Below, piece after piece: positions 59,502 through 64,000 of a stretch of 64,000 bases of DNA (positions within the stretch are counted from its first letter, which is position 1; each line of letters begins with the position of its first letter). The DNA comes from an uncultured bacterium (lineage in GTDB: Bacteria; Bacteroidota; Bacteroidia; Bacteroidales; Bacteroidaceae). The stretch lies in assembly GCA_945867195.1 (NCBI GenBank), contig CAMBHR010000003.1, positions 3,958 to 67,957 on the forward strand, written 5' to 3'. Made by a program: the position numbers and the translations under genes. The notes under the pieces are model-generated. The model did not search any database, was not told where the DNA came from, and saw only the letters and a program-made list of their open reading frames with translations.

Positions 59502-60830
59502 TTATGCGTTGTTTTCGGTTACGAAGAGCTTGTTGCTCAGGGCGCAGAGTGCCGCCTTCTTGTCGGCCTCGCGCACTAAAAGAGAAATGTTGTGATTGCT
59601 GCCGCCGTAGGAAATCATGCGTACGGGAATTTCCGCCACGGCTTCCACCACGCGTGTTTCAAAGCCCACGTTGCCCCAGCGGAGGTCGCCCACGACGCAG
59701 ATGATGCACATGTTCTCGTCGGTTTCCACCGTGCCGTACTTCTTCAGCTCTTCGGTGATGGCGGCCAGATGTGCCGTGTTGTCAATCGTCACAGTCACGC
59801 CCACCTCGCTGGTTGTTACCATGTCGATGGGTGTGTGGTTCGTCTCGAAAATCTCGAACACCTTGCGCAGGAACCCAGTGGCGAGGAGCATCCGTGAGGA
59901 GACAATCTTGATGGCGGTGATGTTGTCCTTGGCGGCCACGGCCTTGATGTTGCCGCGTTGCATCTCGTTGTTGATGATGGTGCCCGGTGCGTTGGGGTCC
60001 ATGGTGTTGAGCAGTTTCACGGGCACCCCGGCGTAGCGTGCGGGTTGGATGCAGGTAGGGTGGAGGATTTTCGCACCGAAATAAGCCAGTTCGGCAGCCT
60101 CTTCAAAGTTGAGCTGGCGCACGGGCGTCGTGCCTTCCACGAAGCGCGGGTCGTTGTTGTGCATACCGTCAATGTCCGTCCATATCTGGATTTCCTCCGC
60201 TCCGAGCGCGGCACCGATGAGGCAGGCCGTGTAGTCAGAGCCGCCACGTTGCAGGTTGTCGATTTCGCCCAGGTGGTTGCGGCAGATGAAGCCCTGCGTG
60301 ATATACAGGTCGTAGCCGGGATGCTGCTTCAGTTGTTCGGCAATGTGCGTTTTGATGAAGCCCATGTCCGGCTCGCCGTTGTCATCGGTGCGCATATAAT
60401 CAAGTGCCGGAAGCAGTTTCACCTTCACGCTACACTCCAGTAGGTAGTTGGTCACCATGTTGGTGCTCATCAGCTCGCCCTGTGCCAGAATTTCCTTCTC
60501 CAGAGAGAGGGAATATTCCTGTGCGGTGAGGTTGTGCAGGTGGCGGAATATGCCGTTGAGCAATGCTTGGGTCTTGTCTGCGTTTTCGGATTGCACGTAG
60601 AGGTTGTCCACGTGCTGCATATAGAGGTTGCGCAGTTTGTTGATGACATTGTTGGCAGCTTCTGGATTGCGCTTGTTGATGTAGTCGGCAATTTCTACCA
60701 GCGAGTTGGTCGTGCCCGACATGGCGGAGAGGACCACAATCTTCTGTTCGCCGTCGTGTATGAGTTTGCACACATCTTTCATGCGCTGGGGCGAGCCTAC
60801 CGAAGTGCCGCCGAATTTCAATATTTTCAT
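59502..60830 (-). CDS. lysC: Aspartate kinase
   Basis: KFGGTSV, VLSAM, RGGSD, WTDIDG, C-terminal ACT domains. Confidence 0.95.
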   Translation of the reverse strand: MKILKFGGTSVGSPQRMKDVCKLIHDGEQKIVVLSAMSGTTNSLVEIADYINKRNPEAANNVINKLRNLYMQHVDNLYVQSENADKTQALLNGIFRHLHNLTAQEYSLSLEKEILAQGELMSTNMVTNYLLECSVKVKLLPALDYMRTDDNGEPDMGFIKTHIAEQLKQHPGYDLYITQGFICRNHLGEIDNLQRGGSDYTACLIGAALGAEEIQIWTDIDGMHNNDPRFVEGTTPVRQLNFEEAAELAYFGAKILHPTCIQPARYAGVPVKLLNTMDPNAPGTIINNEMQRGNIKAVAAKDNITAIKIVSSRMLLATGFLRKVFEIFETNHTPIDMVTTSEVGVTVTIDNTAHLAAITEELKKYGTVETDENMCIICVVGDLRWGNVGFETRVVEAVAEIPVRMISYGGSNHNISLLVREADKKAALCALSNKLFVTENNA

Positions 60831-60901
60831 GTGTGGTATAGTTTTGTATGAAAAAGGGTAGTTGTATGAAGGGGATAAAGTGGAGGAAAGGCGGGAAGCC
60901 G

Positions 60902-61594
60902 TCAGATAGACAGTTCCATGGCCCGGTTGTACTCCTCGGTCACGAGTTTGGCTTCACCGTCCTGCAGGCGGTAAACGATGCCGGGAAATTCGGAGAGCAG
61001 GTGCAGGTTGTGCGTCACCATGACCACTGCCGTACCTTTTTCTCGTATGCCGAGCAGGAGCTGCATGATTTGCCGGCTCGTTTCGGTATCGAGGTTGCCG
61101 ATGGGTTCGTCCGCCAGCACGATTTCCGGGTGATTCAGCAGGGCTCGTGCGATGCACACCCTTTGCTGTTCTCCGCCGGAGAGCTCGTGAGGGTATCGGT
61201 CTATTTTGTCTGCCAGCCCCACGAGTTCGAGCACCTCTGCCATGCGTTGGGGGCGCAGTTTCTTTTTCCATCCCGTGGCGCGCAGCACGAAGTCGAGGTT
61301 TTGCCTCACTGTGCGGTCGTGCAGCAGCTCGAATTTCTGGAACACGATGCCCAGCTTGCGCCGCAGTGGCGGGATGTGCTTGTTCTTCAGTTTTCGCAGG
61401 TCATAGTCCAGGATGCGTGCCTGTCCCTTCTTCACCGGCACCTCGCCGTAGAGCGATTTGAGCAGTGTGCTCTTTCCGCTGCCCACTTTGCCCACGATGT
61501 AGACAAAGTCGCCCCGGTCAACCTGAAAATTGACATGGGAGAGCACGGGGTCTTCTTCATGGCTCAGTGCCACGTCGTTGAGTTCTATCAGCAT
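60902..61594 (-). CDS. ftsE: FtsE-like ABC ATP-binding protein
   Basis: GKVGSGKST, LRRKLGIVFQ, LSGGEQQR, ADEPIGNLD; ftsE-lysC-lysA order as in Bacteroides. Confidence 0.75.
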   Translation of the reverse strand: MLIELNDVALSHEEDPVLSHVNFQVDRGDFVYIVGKVGSGKSTLLKSLYGEVPVKKGQARILDYDLRKLKNKHIPPLRRKLGIVFQKFELLHDRTVRQNLDFVLRATGWKKKLRPQRMAEVLELVGLADKIDRYPHELSGGEQQRVCIARALLNHPEIVLADEPIGNLDTETSRQIMQLLLGIREKGTAVVMVTHNLHLLSEFPGIVYRLQDGEAKLVTEEYNRAMELSI

Positions 61595-61606
61595 GGTCTC
61601 TGCGTG

Positions 61607-63388
61607 TTAGTCAAGTTTGAGAACGGCGAGGAAGGCTTTCTGGGGCACCTGTACGTTGCCTATTTCCTTCATGCGCTTTTTGCCTCGTTTCTGTTTTTCA
61701 AGCAGTTTGCGCTTGCGGCTGATGTCGCCGCCGTAACATTTTGCCGTCACGTCCTTTCGCACCTGCTTCACTGTTTCGCGGGCAATGATCTTGGCACCGA
61801 TGGCGGCCTGGATGGCAATGTCGAACTGTTGCCGGGGCAGCAGTTCCTTCAGTTTCTCGCACATCCGCCGTCCGAAGAACACCGAGTTGTCCACGTGTGT
61901 CAGGGTGGAGAGCGCGTCCACCGGTTCGCCGTTGAGCAGGATGTCCAGCTTCACGAGTTTGGAGGGCCGGAAACCGATGGGGTGGTAGTCGAAGGAGGCA
62001 TAGCCTTTCGAGAGACTTTTGAGTTTGTCGTAGAAGTCAATGACGATTTCCGCCAGCGGCATGTCGTAGTACAGCTCCACGCGGTTGCCCGAAACGTATT
62101 CCTGCTTGATCAGCTCGCCGCGTTTGCCGAGGCAGAGCGTCATGATGTTGCCGATGTAGTCCGTGCGGGTGATGATGGATGCCCTGATGTACGGCTCCTC
62201 GATGTGGTCAATCTCCGTTTGGTCGGGCATACCGGCCGGATTGTGTACTTCGAGCAGCGTCATGTGCTTGTCGTACACGTTATAGCTCACGTTCGGCACG
62301 GTGGTGATGACGTTCATGTTGAACTCGCGGTCCAGTCGTTCCTGCACGATTTCCATGTGCAGCAGTCCCAGGAAGCCGCAGCGGAAGCCGAAGCCCAGTG
62401 CCACGGACGACTCAGGCTGGAAGGTGAGCGAGGCATCGTTGAGCTGGAGTTTCTCCAGACTGGCGCGCAGCTGCTCGAAGTCCTCCGTCTCCACGGGATA
62501 CACCCCGGCAAACACCATGGGTTTCACCTCTTCAAAGCCCTCGATGGCCTTCTCGCAAGGGTTCGCCACGGCGGTGATGGTATCGCCCACCTTCACCTCG
62601 GTGGCCGTTTTGATGCCGCTCACGATGTAGCCCACATCGCCGCACTTCAGTTCCTTGCGCGGCGAGAGTTCCATTTTCAGCACCCCCACCTCGTCGGCAT
62701 GATACCTCTTGCGCGTGTTGACAAAGAGCACCTCCTCATCCTTGTGGATGGAACCGTTGACGATTTTGTAATAGGCAATGATGCCCCGGAAGGGGTTGAA
62801 CACAGAGTCGAAGATAAGAGCCTGCAAAGGCGCGTTCTCGTCGCCCGTGGGAGCGGGAATGCGTTCGATGACGGCACGCAGGATGTCGTCCACACCCTGT
62901 CCCGTACGTCCCGAAGCGTGGATAATCTCCTCGCGCTTGCATCCGAGCAGGTCGATGATTTCGTCCTCCACCTCCTCGGGCATGGCGTTCACCATGTCGC
63001 ACTTGCTCAGCACGGGAATGATTTCCAGGTTGTGCTCGATGGCCATGTACAGGTTCGAGATGGTTTGCGCCTGTACGCCCTGAGTGGCATCGACGAGCAG
63101 CAGGCAGCCTTCGCAGGCCGCAATGCTGCGAGACACTTCGTAGGCAAAGTCAACGTGTCCCGGCGTGTCTATCAGGTTGAGCCGGTAGGTCTCGCCGTCG
63201 AGTGTGTACTCCATCTGTATGGCGTGACTCTTGATGGTAATGCCTCTTTCGCGCTCCAGGTCCATGTCGTCGAGCATCTGTCCTTCTGTAACTTGGATGG
63301 TCTGCGTGCGTTCCAGCAAACGGTCGGCCAGGGTGCTTTTACCGTGGTCGATATGGGCTATGATACTGAAATTGCGTATATGCTTCAC
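61607..63388 (-). CDS. lepA: Elongation factor 4
   Basis: [37 protein letters not shown]; GTG start. Confidence 0.97.
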   Translation of the reverse strand: MKHIRNFSIIAHIDHGKSTLADRLLERTQTIQVTEGQMLDDMDLERERGITIKSHAIQMEYTLDGETYRLNLIDTPGHVDFAYEVSRSIAACEGCLLLVDATQGVQAQTISNLYMAIEHNLEIIPVLSKCDMVNAMPEEVEDEIIDLLGCKREEIIHASGRTGQGVDDILRAVIERIPAPTGDENAPLQALIFDSVFNPFRGIIAYYKIVNGSIHKDEEVLFVNTRKRYHADEVGVLKMELSPRKELKCGDVGYIVSGIKTATEVKVGDTITAVANPCEKAIEGFEEVKPMVFAGVYPVETEDFEQLRASLEKLQLNDASLTFQPESSVALGFGFRCGFLGLLHMEIVQERLDREFNMNVITTVPNVSYNVYDKHMTLLEVHNPAGMPDQTEIDHIEEPYIRASIITRTDYIGNIMTLCLGKRGELIKQEYVSGNRVELYYDMPLAEIVIDFYDKLKSLSKGYASFDYHPIGFRPSKLVKLDILLNGEPVDALSTLTHVDNSVFFGRRMCEKLKELLPRQQFDIAIQAAIGAKIIARETVKQVRKDVTAKCYGGDISRKRKLLEKQKRGKKRMKEIGNVQVPQKAFLAVLKLD

Positions 63389-63523
63389 GTGAGGAAGGGG
63401 ATTGGGGTTTGTCGGAAACAGCCGGTATGTGGCTGGTGTCTACAGGCCGAAACCGTATGTGTTCCTATATATAATATAATGAGTATGAACTGATGAAGTG
63501 GGGCGTGCTTGTGCCGGCCAGTG

Positions 63524-64000
63524 TCAGAATTTCTCTGCCGCCTCGAAGCTCACTGCGTGCTGCAGGTCCTTTTCGCTGAGCACGACCTCCTCGCCCTTGA
63601 TGGGCCAGTCGATGCCCAATGAAGGGTCGTCGTAGCGTATGGAACATTCACATTCGGGGGCATAGCGGTTGTCTACCTTGTAAGTGAACACGGCCTTGTC
63701 GCTGATTACCTGGAAACCGTGGGCAAAACCACGGGGTATGAACAGCTGGCGTTTGTTCTCAGCCGAGAGTTCCACCATCACGTGCCGTCCGTAGGTGGGA
63801 GAGTCCTGGCGCAGGTCCACCGCCACGTCAACCACCGTTCCCTGCAACACGCGCACCAGCTTGGCCTGTGAGGCTTCGCCGCGTTGGTAGTGAAGTCCGC
63901 GCAGCACGCCGCGTGACGACATCGATTGGTTGTCCTGTACGAAATGGACCTCGCGGCCCATAGCGCGGTTAAAGTCCTCTTCGCGCCATGTTTCCATAAA
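63524..64000 (-). CDS. rfbC: dTDP-4-dehydrorhamnose 3,5-epimerase (5'-truncated by the window edge)
   Basis: FVQDNQS, LRGLHYQ, QAKLVRV, GFAHGF, YKVDN. Confidence 0.93.
   Translation of the reverse strand, partial: FMETWREEDFNRAMGREVHFVQDNQSMSSRGVLRGLHYQRGEASQAKLVRVLQGTVVDVAVDLRQDSPTYGRHVMVELSAENKRQLFIPRGFAHGFQVISDKAVFTYKVDNRYAPECECSIRYDDPSLGIDWPIKGEEVVLSEKDLQHAVSFEAAEKF

Noticed and set aside
60830-61594. ftsE without ftsX, and a possible lysine riboswitch before lysC
   Set aside because: Unlinked ftsE next to lysC is usual in Bacteroidales as I recall, and the ~70-bp gap is too short for a lysine riboswitch

Overview
A mostly housekeeping chromosomal window from a Bacteroidales organism, probably Prevotellaceae. 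Support: TAnnTTTG/TTTG promoters, bamD-rpoZ-DUF4293, lysE-DUF4924-rfbD-prfC and galM-gluP-galK synteny, SPT, EF-G2 and a Prevotella-type T9SS C-terminal domain. About 50 CDS cover translation, central carbon, amino-acid, lipid and envelope functions. I found no tRNA, rRNA, CRISPR array, integrase or transposase. The most interesting signals lie outside the supplied ORF track. (1) Four small ORFs under 60 aa: a 57-aa MKKxYxxP...LLCxS acidic peptide co-transcribed with a BspA-like T9SS cargo behind a ~147-nt hairpin leader; a 52-aa ORF with its own promoter, structured leader and terminator; a 52-aa Trp-rich membrane protein between lysA and a metal-type TonB-dependent receptor; and a 29-aa bS22-like ribosomal protein. 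(2) A dispersed ~90-bp intergenic module beginning TATATATACG, in five copies at three loci, twice as large inverted pairs beside 21-bp tandem arrays. (3) A 20-bp perfect inverted repeat made of promoter -7 boxes bracketing the convergent ompA/DAGK pair. (4) An ABC-F with a degenerate second ATPase site and an SSB without an acidic tail. GC statements are by-eye estimates, and family assignments come from motif recognition, not database searches.
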